DNA of 64,000 bases from Minisyncoccia bacterium. Its GTDB lineage: Bacteria; Patescibacteriota; Minisyncoccia; SW-4-49-11. Below, piece by piece: positions 30,777 through 40,655 of this stretch. The translations under genes and the position numbers were made by a program. The stretch lies in contig JBIIRM010000004.1 in NCBI GenBank assembly GCA_044341565.1, forward strand, positions 8,764-72,763. Direction: 5' to 3'. The stretch's first letter is position 1, and each line of letters begins with the position of its first letter. Under the pieces are notes generated by a model. The model saw only the letters and a list, made by a program, of their open reading frames with translations. It was not told the DNA's origin and ran no database searches.

Positions 30777-32156
30777 ATGCTCAATATACTGATATCATTA
30801 CTTATATTTACTCTTCCATTTGAAATCTTAAAAATCTCATTTGGTAGTCTCGATATTAGAGTGCATCAAATTCTTTTAGCTTTAATTGTGATAACTCTAA
30901 TTCCTCGCTTTTTTAAAAAAGATCCACTTGTTACGATTTGGGATAATATAAAGTCATTAGATTGGTATTATGATAATATTCATCTTATTTTATTATCAGG
31001 AATGTGGCTAATGATTTTGATAGGGGGTATTGTGAATAGGGGAGAAGGAGATTTGAAGACGGTAATGATTCGTAATATAGTATTATTAGGATATATTCTA
31101 GTATTTTATATTATATATCGTTATATTAATACCAAAGAAAGACTGTATAAAGCTTTTAATTTACTATTCATCAGTACAGGTATTCTCATTCTCATTGGAC
31201 TCTATGAAGCAATTGCTTTTCAATTGGGATGGAATAGTTGGCAGGTATTTCCTGGAAGAGTAGATAGTCTTTTACCGGAACCAAATTGGTTTGGTATGTG
31301 GCTAGCTACAATATATGCAATTAGCGTACCTCTAGCTTTTTATGCTAAAAAATCTAAAGAACAATTTGCATTATGGTTTTTGATATTTGGAACTGTTTTG
31401 ATGAGTATTCTCTCAGTAACTCGGGCAAGCTGGCTTGCAATTATTATAGTAACCGGTTTATATATATTGTATCAGGCTATTTTTGTAAGAAAATATATAC
31501 AATTAGGGAAATTTAGTATTATTCTGTTTGCAGTGATATTCGGGGCTGCTGGTATGGCTGAATTGGGGCTGACAGACTTTAGCCTTAAAGATCGTGTTAA
31601 TTCCATTATTACCCAAGAGACCACTTACTACTATACAATTGATGAAAAAACAGGTAAAGAAGTCGCAGTTGACCCCAAAGAGGGCGATAAAAATCTAGAT
31701 AATGTCAAAGTCCGAAAAGAGGGCGATAAAAATCTAGATAATGTTAAAGTCCGCAAAGAGGCAGATGTGAATGTATTAAGTCGTAAAGATGGATATATTA
31801 GTGCTGGAGTTATTATATATAAATATATTTTCACAGGGGTTGGTCTTACTGGATATGAGAATAGAGTAGGGGAAGGATATAATACGAACAATATCCTTTT
31901 GGCGGTAGCAGTATCTGGTGGAATTATTACAATTTCCTTATTCCTTTCATTTTTATATATTATTACCAAACAAGGATTTCTTATTTTTAAACTCGACTCC
32001 AAATTAGCGACAATATTATTGGGAGTATTATTAGTAACCCTTATAACAGGAATGTTTAATGATAATTTCCTCATGGGATTCACTTGGTTAATATTTGGTC
32101 TTATAGCTGCTATACCAGAAGTCGTTTGGAGAAATGAAATGAACAATAAATCATAA
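30777..32156 (+). CDS. polytopic membrane protein, possibly O-antigen ligase/Wzy_C-like
   Basis: 459 aa, about 10 TM helices with a large hydrophilic loop carrying a 13-aa tandem duplication; family assignment weak. Confidence 0.3.
   Translation: MLNILISLLIFTLPFEILKISFGSLDIRVHQILLALIVITLIPRFFKKDPLVTIWDNIKSLDWYYDNIHLILLSGMWLMILIGGIVNRGEGDLKTVMIRNIVLLGYILVFYIIYRYINTKERLYKAFNLLFISTGILILIGLYEAIAFQLGWNSWQVFPGRVDSLLPEPNWFGMWLATIYAISVPLAFYAKKSKEQFALWFLIFGTVLMSILSVTRASWLAIIIVTGLYILYQAIFVRKYIQLGKFSIILFAVIFGAAGMAELGLTDFSLKDRVNSIITQETTYYYTIDEKTGKEVAVDPKEGDKNLDNVKVRKEGDKNLDNVKVRKEADVNVLSRKDGYISAGVIIYKYIFTGVGLTGYENRVGEGYNTNNILLAVAVSGGIITISLFLSFLYIITKQGFLIFKLDSKLATILLGVLLVTLITGMFNDNFLMGFTWLIFGLIAAIPEVVWRNEMNNKS
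31677..31754 (+). repeat. 39-bp tandem duplication (2 copies, 37/39 identical) inside coding loop (KEGDKNLDNVKVR x2)
   Basis: aaagagggcgataaaaatctagataatgtcaaagtccga repeated head-to-tail, third partial copy follows. Confidence 0.85.
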
Positions 32157-32160
32157 ATAT

Positions 32161-32649
32161 ATGAAGTATAATAAAAAATTAAGTAATATTGCACAATATA
32201 GTATATTTGTGATATCTTTATTAGCAATTTTACTTGCGAGCTATTATTTATACTATGGAGACTTTTTTTTACATTTAGCAGGACAAGGGGAGTGGTTTAA
32301 TCCTGAGCTAGGTATTCCAGCTTGTAATTTATGTTGGTATGCAAGAGTGTTAATGTTCCCTATTTTCCCTATTGCGTTTGTAGGAATATTCAAAAATGAT
32401 AATAAATTTACTGATTATATAATTCCATTAGCTATACTTGGAATTATACTCGATGTATATCATTATAGTTTGCAGATGGGATGGATAGCAAAACCTTTAT
32501 TATGTGATCCTAATGGAATTAGCTGTGCAGATGCTCCAGTTAATTATTTCGGATTCATTACCATGCCATTTATTTGTGGGATATTATTTATAATAATATT
32601 ATTATTAGCTCTATATAATAGTATTATGGTAAGAAAGAATAGGGAATAG
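32161..32649 (+). CDS. dsbB: disulfide bond formation protein B (DsbB/BdbC family)
   Basis: 162 aa, 4 TM; cysteine pairs CNLCW in loop 1 and C..C (CDPNGISCADAP) in loop 2, same arrangement as Bacillus BdbC. Confidence 0.65.
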   Translation: MKYNKKLSNIAQYSIFVISLLAILLASYYLYYGDFFLHLAGQGEWFNPELGIPACNLCWYARVLMFPIFPIAFVGIFKNDNKFTDYIIPLAILGIILDVYHYSLQMGWIAKPLLCDPNGISCADAPVNYFGFITMPFICGILFIIILLLALYNSIMVRKNRE

Positions 32650-32815
32650 GACTAAGATATTCGTTTTATACTAGTTGACAATAGAATTACAACAGAGTAT
32701 AATCATTATTATACTCTGTTGGGTATACAGAAATAAAGATATACAGTTCATTTTATATAATTACCACTCCCCTTTTTGTGATTATACAAAAAGATAATAA
32801 ATACACATAACTAAC

Positions 32816-32953
32816 TGTCCCTCGCTGGCGAGGTTGCCCGTAAGGGTGGGTGTGGACTTAGTTATATCTAAACTATAAGTCACCTTCGGCGACACTCCCT
32901 CCTAAATAAATATAGGAGGGACTTAAAGGCTCCTCCAAGGGAGGACAAATTCT
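32816..32953 (+). repeat. GC-rich palindromic repeat element, copy A (upstream of xer)
   Basis: About 140 bp at >50% GC in a 33% GC genome; hairpins CCTCGctggCGAGG, CCCTCCtaaataaatataGGAGGG, TCCTCCaagGGAGGA; homologous to 34786-34935. Confidence 0.6.
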
Positions 32954-33052
32954 AGAGTATTTCCCCAATCATAGCTTTTCCTATATACTGAATATATACA
33001 TAACCCAATTCTGGGACTATTCTGATACAACACACATAATAACCGCATATAT

Positions 33053-34096
33053 ATGTCAAGAAGCCAAAAATTGCCCTTATTAGAAGACTTTTTACTTTTT
33101 TTAACTACTAGTAACTACTCAAAAGCTACTATTCGTAATTATGAGCGAGATTTATTGATTTTTGAGAAATTCCTGAGTGACAATGATTTTGACTTTAATA
33201 GTATTACCAAGAAAACCATAACCATATATCAAGCAGATTTATTAGCTGAGGATAGACAAGTATTCAAATCCACATCACAAAAGCAAAAAGCAAAACCATT
33301 AGAGCCTAAAACCATAAATCGTATGCTGACAAGCATTCGTTCATATTTTGTATATCTGATAGATAATGAACATCCCTGTCCCTTATTACCTCAGCAAATC
33401 AAATTAATGAAGCTAGGGAAGTACAAATTACATTTACCCGAGCTAGAAACCTTAATAAAATTCATAGAATCACCAAAACAATTAGAATCCAATGCATTTA
33501 TTGGACTTAGGAATCAAACTATATTAGAATTAATTTTTACCTCAGGAATGCGAATTTCTGAAGTTACCCATTTAACTATTGATCAAATTCATCAAGATGA
33601 TTCCAAAATTTTGATAAGAGGCAAGGGGAATAAGCAAAGATTTGTCTACCTAACCCCGCGAGCTCATACTATATTAAATGAGTATTTGCAAGAAAGATAT
33701 CAAATTATCAAGCAAGTCCTCCCCTCTCAATATCAAATGGGGGAGTATATCAATCAATTTGCCTATGTATTTATCACCAAAAAGAGTTTTGATACACTCA
33801 AAGGGAATATAAAAGATCATAGTCTCCCCTCTTCTCTATTGAATTCCCATATATCTGAGAATTATCTCCAATCTAAAATCAAATCCTATCGTCTATTACT
33901 CAATATCCCCTACCCTATCTCCGCCCATACCCTTAGGCATGGATTTGCGACATATTTAGCTGAATCAGGAGCCAACCCCGCCGCTATCAAAGTATTACTC
34001 GGACATGAATCCCTCGAGACCACAACCAAATATGTACATGCCTCTGATACCTTTGCCGAGGAAACACATGAGAATTTTCATCCCCTTAAAAAGTAA
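33053..34096 (+). CDS. tyrosine site-specific recombinase (XerC/XerD-phage integrase family)
   Basis: 347 aa; SAM-like N-domain (TIRNYERDLLIF), catalytic R...HTLRHGFATYL...LGHESLETTTKYVH with Tyr. Confidence 0.8.
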   Translation: MSRSQKLPLLEDFLLFLTTSNYSKATIRNYERDLLIFEKFLSDNDFDFNSITKKTITIYQADLLAEDRQVFKSTSQKQKAKPLEPKTINRMLTSIRSYFVYLIDNEHPCPLLPQQIKLMKLGKYKLHLPELETLIKFIESPKQLESNAFIGLRNQTILELIFTSGMRISEVTHLTIDQIHQDDSKILIRGKGNKQRFVYLTPRAHTILNEYLQERYQIIKQVLPSQYQMGEYINQFAYVFITKKSFDTLKGNIKDHSLPSSLLNSHISENYLQSKIKSYRLLLNIPYPISAHTLRHGFATYLAESGANPAAIKVLLGHESLETTTKYVHASDTFAEETHENFHPLKK

Positions 34097-34102
34097 ATAT
34101 AA

Positions 34103-34744
34103 TTATTCTAATTCTGGTAAAGTATCCAGAGTATAGCAATTATCAATATGAAATTCTCCAGATTGTCTACGTTCTAACTCTTCAAGATAAACCCCTGTTT
34201 CGAGTTTAATACCAATATCATACCCAAGGGACCTGATATAAGTACCACTAGCACAATAGATCTCTAATATGAGATAGGGGTACGCATATTCCAATATATC
34301 AATACGAGTAATAGTTACTTGACGAGGGGGTATATCTATATACTCACCTTTACGGGCTAATTCATACATTTTATTACCATTGATTTTGATAGCAGAATAC
34401 ATAGGAGGTATTTGCTCAATTTCCCCAATGAATTGATTGACTACTAATTCTATTTGTTCTTGAGTAGGGATAATATCCGTATTATACTCTTGTATTGCTC
34501 CATCTTTATCATAAGTATCACTTATAAAGCCTAATTTTAGCTTTGTGCGGTATATTTTATCTTGTTTCATAAACTCGTCGCTTCTTTTGGTAGACTCACG
34601 TCCCACAAGCAGAATTAATACTCCAGTGGCAAAGGGGTCTAGGGTTCCGGCATGTCCAATTTTTTTGATACCATAAAATCGGCGCAGTTTATTAACCACC
34701 GTATGTGAGGTCATTCCAGCTGGCTTATTAATAGGAATAATCAT
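34103..34744 (-). CDS. truB: tRNA pseudouridine(55) synthase TruB (short form)
   Basis: 213 aa; catalytic motif GHAGTLDPFATGVL. Confidence 0.85.
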   Translation of the reverse strand: MIIPINKPAGMTSHTVVNKLRRFYGIKKIGHAGTLDPFATGVLILLVGRESTKRSDEFMKQDKIYRTKLKLGFISDTYDKDGAIQEYNTDIIPTQEQIELVVNQFIGEIEQIPPMYSAIKINGNKMYELARKGEYIDIPPRQVTITRIDILEYAYPYLILEIYCASGTYIRSLGYDIGIKLETGVYLEELERRQSGEFHIDNCYTLDTLPELE

Positions 34745-34785
34745 ATAGGCTATTGTAGCATATATATAGTATATGGGAAATTATA

Positions 34786-34935
34786 TGTCCCTCGCTGGCG
34801 AGGAAGCACCGTGTTAGCGGTGGGTGTGGACGAGTTATGTTTTTTTGAATTTAATCCTCCTCCGTCACCCTCGGCGACACCCCCTCCTAAATAAATATAG
34901 GAGGGACTTAAAGGCTCCCCCAAGGGATGACAAAC
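34786..34935 (+). repeat. GC-rich palindromic repeat element, copy B (upstream of truB start, partly degenerate) with GC-rich extension to about 35040
   Basis: Same order of blocks as copy A (gtccctcgctggcgagg ... ggtgggtgtggac ... tcggcgacac.ccctcctaaataaatataggagggacttaaaggctcc.ccaaggga.gacaaa); third hairpin mutated. Confidence 0.6.
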
Positions 34936-35041
34936 TATTTTTTATTCCCCTCTTGAGGTTTGAACTGCATAGCAGGGCGGGGTGGAGTAAAGAAAAAACC
35001 CCCCATTCGTTGGGAGGAAAGTTGATATCAAGGAGGTAATC

Positions 35042-35251
35042 TCACTCAGTAAGCCCTGGATTTTCGTCTAGAAATTGGCAGATATTGATTCCAAGCTCCA
35101 GGTGTTGACTGAGCTCAGTTAAGAGCTTTTGAATAGTTTCTTTAGCCTGTTGTATGTCTTCTGGGAAATCATTGGTATTTTGGTGATTGACAAGAAATGT
35201 TAGAGCGCCAAGGAGTTCATGGACTTTATCATGAAGGGGTGAACAGCTCAT
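35042..35251 (-). CDS. small helical hypothetical protein (69 aa)
   Basis: ORF only; no motif recognised. Confidence 0.3.
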   Translation of the reverse strand: MSCSPLHDKVHELLGALTFLVNHQNTNDFPEDIQQAKETIQKLLTELSQHLELGINICQFLDENPGLTE

Positions 35252-35310
35252 GAGATGATAGTAGAAAAGATCTTATATAATATACCAAATAATAACCATC
35301 TGAGCAACAT

Positions 35311-35337
35311 AAAAAAGCGTCTTATCAACGCTTTTTT
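35311..35337. terminator. rho-independent terminator downstream of hup
   Basis: AAAAAGCGTcttatcaACGCTTTTTT, palindromic with flanking A/T runs. Confidence 0.5.
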
Positions 35338-35357
35338 ATGAATGCAAGTTATCATTA

Positions 35358-35633
35358 TTATTTAACTGCATCTTTCAACTTCTTTCCTGCTTTGAATTTA
35401 GGAGTTTTGGTTGCAGCGATCTTGATCTTTTCTAGAGTTCGTGGGTTAACACCTTCTCGCGCTTGTCGTTGGGTTACTGAGAAAGTCCCAAATCCAGCTA
35501 GAGTTACGGTTTCACCTTTAGAAAGGGTCTTGGTCACTACATCAATGAAAGCTTGAATTACTGCTTCAGAATCCTTCTTTGAGGTTCCAGCTACATCAGC
35601 GATTGCTGATACTAGTTCTGCTTTAGTTGCCAT
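35358..35633 (-). CDS. hup: DNA-binding protein HU
   Basis: 91 aa; HU signature ...GFGTFSV..R.AR.GRNP.T...I... Confidence 0.9.
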   Translation of the reverse strand: MATKAELVSAIADVAGTSKKDSEAVIQAFIDVVTKTLSKGETVTLAGFGTFSVTQRQAREGVNPRTLEKIKIAATKTPKFKAGKKLKDAVK

Positions 35634-35735
35634 CTACACACACCTCCTTTCTCATATTGTTTTCCATTAGTATTTGATTGGATAATTGTATCCTTGTTTC
35701 ATCATATAGTATATATGCGGAATTGTAAAGCTTTT

Positions 35736-37262
35736 TTATCTTGCATAGTCAATAATACGGGTTTCTCGTATTAAAGTTACTTTAATTTCACCAGGATATT
35801 TAAGCTCTTCTTCTATCTTGAGAGCGATTTTACGAGCCATTTTTTTTGCTTGTATATCATTGATTTTATATGGTGTCACAAATACGCGAATCTCACGGCC
35901 AGCATTAATGGCATAACTTTTATCTACTCCATAAAAAGCATTAGTAATAGCCTCCAATTCCCCCAGTCTCTTGATATAATTATCCACAGAATCACGTCGA
36001 GCCCCAGGTCGAGAAGCTGACAGGGCATCCGCTGCCTGTACAATGCGAGATTCTAGGCTCTCATACGGATATTCCTCATGATGAGACTGCATAGCCTTGA
36101 TTACCTCTTCTTTGATACCATATTTACTGAGTACGGTGCGTCCAATTTCCACATGAGTACCCTCAACTTCATGATCGAGAGCCTTCCCAATATCATGAAA
36201 AAGACCTCCCATTTTTGCAATCATCACATTAGCCCCGAGTTCTGCCGCAATAGCTCCCGCCAAATGAGCAACTTCCACACTATGCATAAGTACATTTTGT
36301 CCATAACTAGTTCGGAATTGCAATCGTCCGAGTATATAGGTGAGTTTAGGATCTATACCCGTAATACCGGTATCATATAGAGCTGCTTCACCAGCCTCTT
36401 TAATCTTTTGTTGTACTAATTCTTTTGATTTAATGACAAATTCTTCAATACGAGCTGGTTGTATACGACCATCTTCAATCAAAGCCTCTAGAGCAAGCTT
36501 AGCAATATGCCTCCGTATAGGGTCAAAACAAGATAATACAATACTATCAGGACTATCATCAATAATAACCTGTACTCCTGTTGCATTCTCGAGAGCCCGT
36601 ATATTTCGTCCTTCTTTTCCAATAATACGACCCTTTACTTCTTCGCTTTCTATAGCCACTGTAGCGGTATTAAATTCAGCAGATTGGCCCTGAGCATATT
36701 TTTGCATAGCAAGAACCATAATATTCTTAGCTTTTTGCTCCAATTGATTATGCCGTATTCCTTCTAATCGCTCTATTTGTAATAATAATTCCTCATGAGA
36801 AGTCTCTTCTACCTTTTCGAGAAGCTCAGACTTAGCTTGTTCGGTATTAAGCCCAGCAATATGCCCAAGTTCAGTGATTTGCTTTTGTTTGAGTCCTTCA
36901 ACCTCTTGATACAAATCCTTAATTCTCTCCCCCTTTGTCTTGAGTTCCAATCTATGATCTTCTAATTCCTGTACTTGTTGTTCTAAATCCTTTTCCCTTC
37001 TCAAAACACTTTCCTCAAGGAGAACCGCTGTTTTCCTAATTTCTGAGGCTTCGGCTCTGGCCTTATCTTTTAGTATTTCAGCCTCTTGTTCGGCTTCTTT
37101 TTTGAGTTTTTTAGATTCTTCTTCGAATATTGCTTGTAGCGATTGAATTTTAGCTTCTTTTGAATTGATTGATCTTCTGACAATTATTAATCTGAGACCA
37201 TATCCTATACCAGTACCTATTATTAAGCTTGAAGTCAACCACAATAATGAAATTGTAGTCAT
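35736..37262 (-). CDS. rny: ribonuclease Y
   Basis: 508 aa; N-terminal TM, coiled coil, KH domain (GRIIGKEGRNIRALE), HD domain (LFHDIGKALDHE). Confidence 0.85.
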   Translation of the reverse strand: MTTISLLWLTSSLIIGTGIGYGLRLIIVRRSINSKEAKIQSLQAIFEEESKKLKKEAEQEAEILKDKARAEASEIRKTAVLLEESVLRREKDLEQQVQELEDHRLELKTKGERIKDLYQEVEGLKQKQITELGHIAGLNTEQAKSELLEKVEETSHEELLLQIERLEGIRHNQLEQKAKNIMVLAMQKYAQGQSAEFNTATVAIESEEVKGRIIGKEGRNIRALENATGVQVIIDDSPDSIVLSCFDPIRRHIAKLALEALIEDGRIQPARIEEFVIKSKELVQQKIKEAGEAALYDTGITGIDPKLTYILGRLQFRTSYGQNVLMHSVEVAHLAGAIAAELGANVMIAKMGGLFHDIGKALDHEVEGTHVEIGRTVLSKYGIKEEVIKAMQSHHEEYPYESLESRIVQAADALSASRPGARRDSVDNYIKRLGELEAITNAFYGVDKSYAINAGREIRVFVTPYKINDIQAKKMARKIALKIEEELKYPGEIKVTLIRETRIIDYAR

Positions 37263-37447
37263 ATAATATATTATGAGATAGTAAATTAAGTGTATTTTGC
37301 ATATACATCATCATTATAGCATAGTAAGTGAGTAAATGCGAATTAATATATGAGATGGGTAGAAATAATAGTGAGCTCACATAAGCACAAAAGCCCCTAT
37401 CAATATAATTGTTAGGAGCTTTTGCTAGAGAGGCTAATTATCTTGGA

Positions 37448-38710
37448 TTAATACTTTTTTACAAAAGTAAGAGCCCAACCAATTTTATTACCTCGTCCAG
37501 TTCTACCAATACGGTGAATATAATCCTCTTCAGTTCGAGGTAATTCGTAATTGATAACATGAGTAATATCCCCAACATCAATTCCACGAGAAGCCACATC
37601 GGTTCCAATCATAATCCAAGCCTCATTGCTCTTGAATTTCTTCAACGCAATTTGTCTATGCATTTGAGTCTTGTCACCATGAATAGATTCCACATCAAAA
37701 CCATGTTGTTGTAAATCTCGGTACAAATTCTCTACAGCCATTTTGGTCTCACAGAAAATAAGAACTTTTTTCACTTCATCTTTATTCAAGATATCCATTA
37801 ATAAGTCCATTTTATTATCATTACGAGTTACAGGTACAATGTCTTGATGAACATTATTACTTGATACATTGCTAGATAATAAGATATTTACTGGATTAAC
37901 AAGGAAAGTTTCCATCAATTGTCGGGTTTTTCCTTCTGTTGTAGCTGAGAAGAATAATTTTTGAGTATCTTTTGGAAGTAATTCTAGAATATATCGAATT
38001 TCATCAATAAATCCCATATCAAGCATTCTATCAACCTCATCTAATACAATGGTTGAGAAACTATCCATATGAATAGCCTTTCGATTAATCAAATCTTTGA
38101 ATCGTCCAGGAGTTGCAATGATAAAATGATTATGACGAGATAATCGAAACATTTGCTTTCGAATAGGAGTTCCTCCAATACATACGGTACTATAAATACC
38201 TTGCCCACGATTGGTGATTTTATGAAGCTCTTGCTCAATTTGAAGAGCTAATTCACGAGTTGGAGCTAATATAACTGCTGATTTTTTAGGATCTAAAGTC
38301 ATATTGTGAAGAAGTGGTAATAAAAAAGCTAAAGTTTTACCAGTACCAGTTCCAGCAAGTCCAATAACATCATTTCCTTCCATTACAGGTTTAATAGCCT
38401 GATCTTGAATAGGAGTAGGATTAATCATACCCTTTTCAGTAAGAGCAGCATCAATCCATGATGCAAAACCAAAGTCTTTAAAAGTATGAGTGATTTTGGT
38501 CTCAGCCTCTGGAAGAGGTTCAGCAACTTTCACAAATAAAGAATGGTCTAATTGTTTAGGACCAGACTTTTTACCATATCTTCGGCCACCACCACCTCCG
38601 CCATAGCGAGGTCGTCCGCCAAAAGAATCGCGAGAAGAATTATTATTATATCGAGAAGAAGAATTAGAGCGATTAGAAAATCGACTACTACTATTATTAG
38701 AGTACGCCAT
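37448..38710 (-). CDS. DEAD-box ATP-dependent RNA helicase with N-terminal Ser/Asn/Arg-Gly-rich low-complexity region
   Basis: Motifs GTGKT, LAPTRELALQ, DEVD, SAT, HRIGRTGRG; N-terminus GGRPRYGGGGGGRRYG. Confidence 0.85.
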   Translation of the reverse strand: MAYSNNSSSRFSNRSNSSSRYNNNSSRDSFGGRPRYGGGGGGRRYGKKSGPKQLDHSLFVKVAEPLPEAETKITHTFKDFGFASWIDAALTEKGMINPTPIQDQAIKPVMEGNDVIGLAGTGTGKTLAFLLPLLHNMTLDPKKSAVILAPTRELALQIEQELHKITNRGQGIYSTVCIGGTPIRKQMFRLSRHNHFIIATPGRFKDLINRKAIHMDSFSTIVLDEVDRMLDMGFIDEIRYILELLPKDTQKLFFSATTEGKTRQLMETFLVNPVNILLSSNVSSNNVHQDIVPVTRNDNKMDLLMDILNKDEVKKVLIFCETKMAVENLYRDLQQHGFDVESIHGDKTQMHRQIALKKFKSNEAWIMIGTDVASRGIDVGDITHVINYELPRTEEDYIHRIGRTGRGNKIGWALTFVKKY

Positions 38711-38842
38711 ACAAAATATGATTATGAATATGATATGGAATATAGATACCTATCATATACATACTTGTATAAACGCCATCTATGACCACATTGAAAAAAA
38801 GTATATCATAGATTATATAATTTGTCAAAGGGTGATAACCAA

Positions 38843-39808
38843 TTATAGGGATTTAAGCACTCCCAAACACTCCTCAGCAGTATTACAATTCATAAGCTGA
38901 GATCTGATTTCACTCGCTCCAGCAAAGCTATTGAGATACATCTTGAAACATTTTTTCATTACCGCAAAATTTTTCTCTTGTCCCCACGTTTTATCAAATA
39001 ATTCTATATGCTCTATCAGTTTTTGTACTTTAGTATGAGTATCTATATTCTCAGGATTAATATGAGGATTAAATATCCAAGGATTATGAAATACTCCTCT
39101 TCCAATCATAATACCATCTACATGATATTGACTGGCCATATCTAGACCTTGTTGATAAGACATAATATCCCCATTCCCAATAATCAGAGTATGAGGATTT
39201 ATTGAATCTCTTAGCTTTACTGCTTTTCCAATTTCATCCCAATGAGCAGGATAATCAGATAATTCTTTTACGGTGCGTCCATGTATAGTAATAGCATCGA
39301 GATGGGACTGTAAGAGATGTCCTATCCATTCTTCTGTTTGAATTTCACTAAACCCAATACGAGTTTTTACACTTACGGGTATATCCCCCGCTCCCTCCTT
39401 GGCAGCCTGTATAATATCTGAGGCTAATGAAGGATTTTTGATAAGAGCAGAACAAGCACCTTGTTTAATAACTTTTTTGACTGGGCAGCCCATATTAATA
39501 TCAAGTCCAGCAAAACCCTGTTCTCGGGCATATAATCCTGCCTGATAATAATGTTCTGGAGTAATACCCCATATTTGAGCTATGAGAGGTTGCTCTTCTG
39601 GAGTATATTGTAGACGGTGAATAATCTTAGACCTTCCAATTTCAGAAGCTAAACCCTCTACACTGGTAAATTCAGTTATCATCACATCAGGACGCCCACA
39701 AGAGCTAATAATAAGGCGAAAAACTGTATCAGTAACCTCCTCCATAGGAGCTAATACAAAAAATGGTTTCTTTAAGTTAGACAAAAATGATTGCATAAAT
39801 ATAATCAA
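38843..39808 (-). CDS. dus: tRNA-dihydrouridine synthase
   Basis: 321 aa; Dus TIM-barrel motifs (VLAPMEEVTD, NMGCPVKKV, catalytic Cys region). Confidence 0.8.
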   Translation of the reverse strand: MIIFMQSFLSNLKKPFFVLAPMEEVTDTVFRLIISSCGRPDVMITEFTSVEGLASEIGRSKIIHRLQYTPEEQPLIAQIWGITPEHYYQAGLYAREQGFAGLDINMGCPVKKVIKQGACSALIKNPSLASDIIQAAKEGAGDIPVSVKTRIGFSEIQTEEWIGHLLQSHLDAITIHGRTVKELSDYPAHWDEIGKAVKLRDSINPHTLIIGNGDIMSYQQGLDMASQYHVDGIMIGRGVFHNPWIFNPHINPENIDTHTKVQKLIEHIELFDKTWGQEKNFAVMKKCFKMYLNSFAGASEIRSQLMNCNTAEECLGVLKSL

Positions 39809-39855
39809 TATATTCGATATATTAGCATAAGAGCAATAATAAGTAAAAACTACCG

Positions 39856-40650
39856 CTATATCAATTTCTTCTTTTTATCATCTACATTTTCATAAAAATA
39901 TCGGAATAATCCTTTCCATTGAGTAATAGATAAATCTTGAGGTCTGGCTTTAATGTGGAATTGATGAGTTTTAGCAAGTCTTTTCCATTGCTCATAAGTA
40001 AATATGGGCTCGAGGTTTTTCATTAAATTTGACTTTTGCTGTCCAAATGCATAGGTTATAAACTTGATATAATCCTGTTTCACATCCCAAATAGGTGTTG
40101 GTATTCTCTCTAATCTCAGTAATTCAACGATAACACTAGGAGCTGGGGAGAAATCTGTTTTTTCAAATGTATATACTACTTCACAATTATATAATGAGTT
40201 GAGTATTATAGAGATAATACTTGGTTCAGTAGTTCCAATTACTCGCTCTATAGCCTCTTTTTGACCGAATATGAGAGCAGATTCTGGGCTATTCTCACCA
40301 CTATATAGTCCTTTGATTAGTTCAGAGAATATAGCAAAAGGCGGATTAGATATAATCGCAAAGCTTTCGTTGGGATAGGCAATTTTGCGAATATCCTTAT
40401 TGATAATAGTTGCTTTATCTCCAAAATTATCTTGTAGCTTGCTATATAAATCAGGATCAAGTTCTATTGCCTGTACTCTATATCCTCTTGCTACGAGTTC
40501 CTTGGTTATAATCCCCTCACCTGCACCAAGATCTAATACTAGGGAATTGGGGGGTAATGGAATAAAATCAATAATATAGCGTATAAGACTTGGATTTTTT
40601 ACAAAGTTTTGAGAATAAGACTTACGCTTCTCACTATTATAATCTTGCAT
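39856..40650 (-). CDS. rRNA adenine N6-methyltransferase family protein (Erm/KsgA fold), Erm-like features
   Basis: 264 aa; starts SQNFVKNP, SAM site LDLGAGEGIIT, ...IINKDIRKIAYPNESFAIISNPPF closely parallels Erm NKDIL.F.FPKNQSYKIFGNIPY; KsgA GPG/ NLPY signatures absent. Confidence 0.55.
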   Translation of the reverse strand: MQDYNSEKRKSYSQNFVKNPSLIRYIIDFIPLPPNSLVLDLGAGEGIITKELVARGYRVQAIELDPDLYSKLQDNFGDKATIINKDIRKIAYPNESFAIISNPPFAIFSELIKGLYSGENSPESALIFGQKEAIERVIGTTEPSIISIILNSLYNCEVVYTFEKTDFSPAPSVIVELLRLERIPTPIWDVKQDYIKFITYAFGQQKSNLMKNLEPIFTYEQWKRLAKTHQFHIKARPQDLSITQWKGLFRYFYENVDDKKKKLI

Positions 40651-40655
40651 ATCAT

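Noticed and set aside
31631-32227. Track ORF 31631-32227(-), 198 aa
   Set aside because: Antisense to the well-supported polytopic membrane-protein gene and to the tandem-repeat segment
34824-35039. Track ORF 34824-35039(+), 71 aa
   Set aside because: Entirely within the GC-rich extension of repeat copy B; Arg/Pro-rich low-complexity translation
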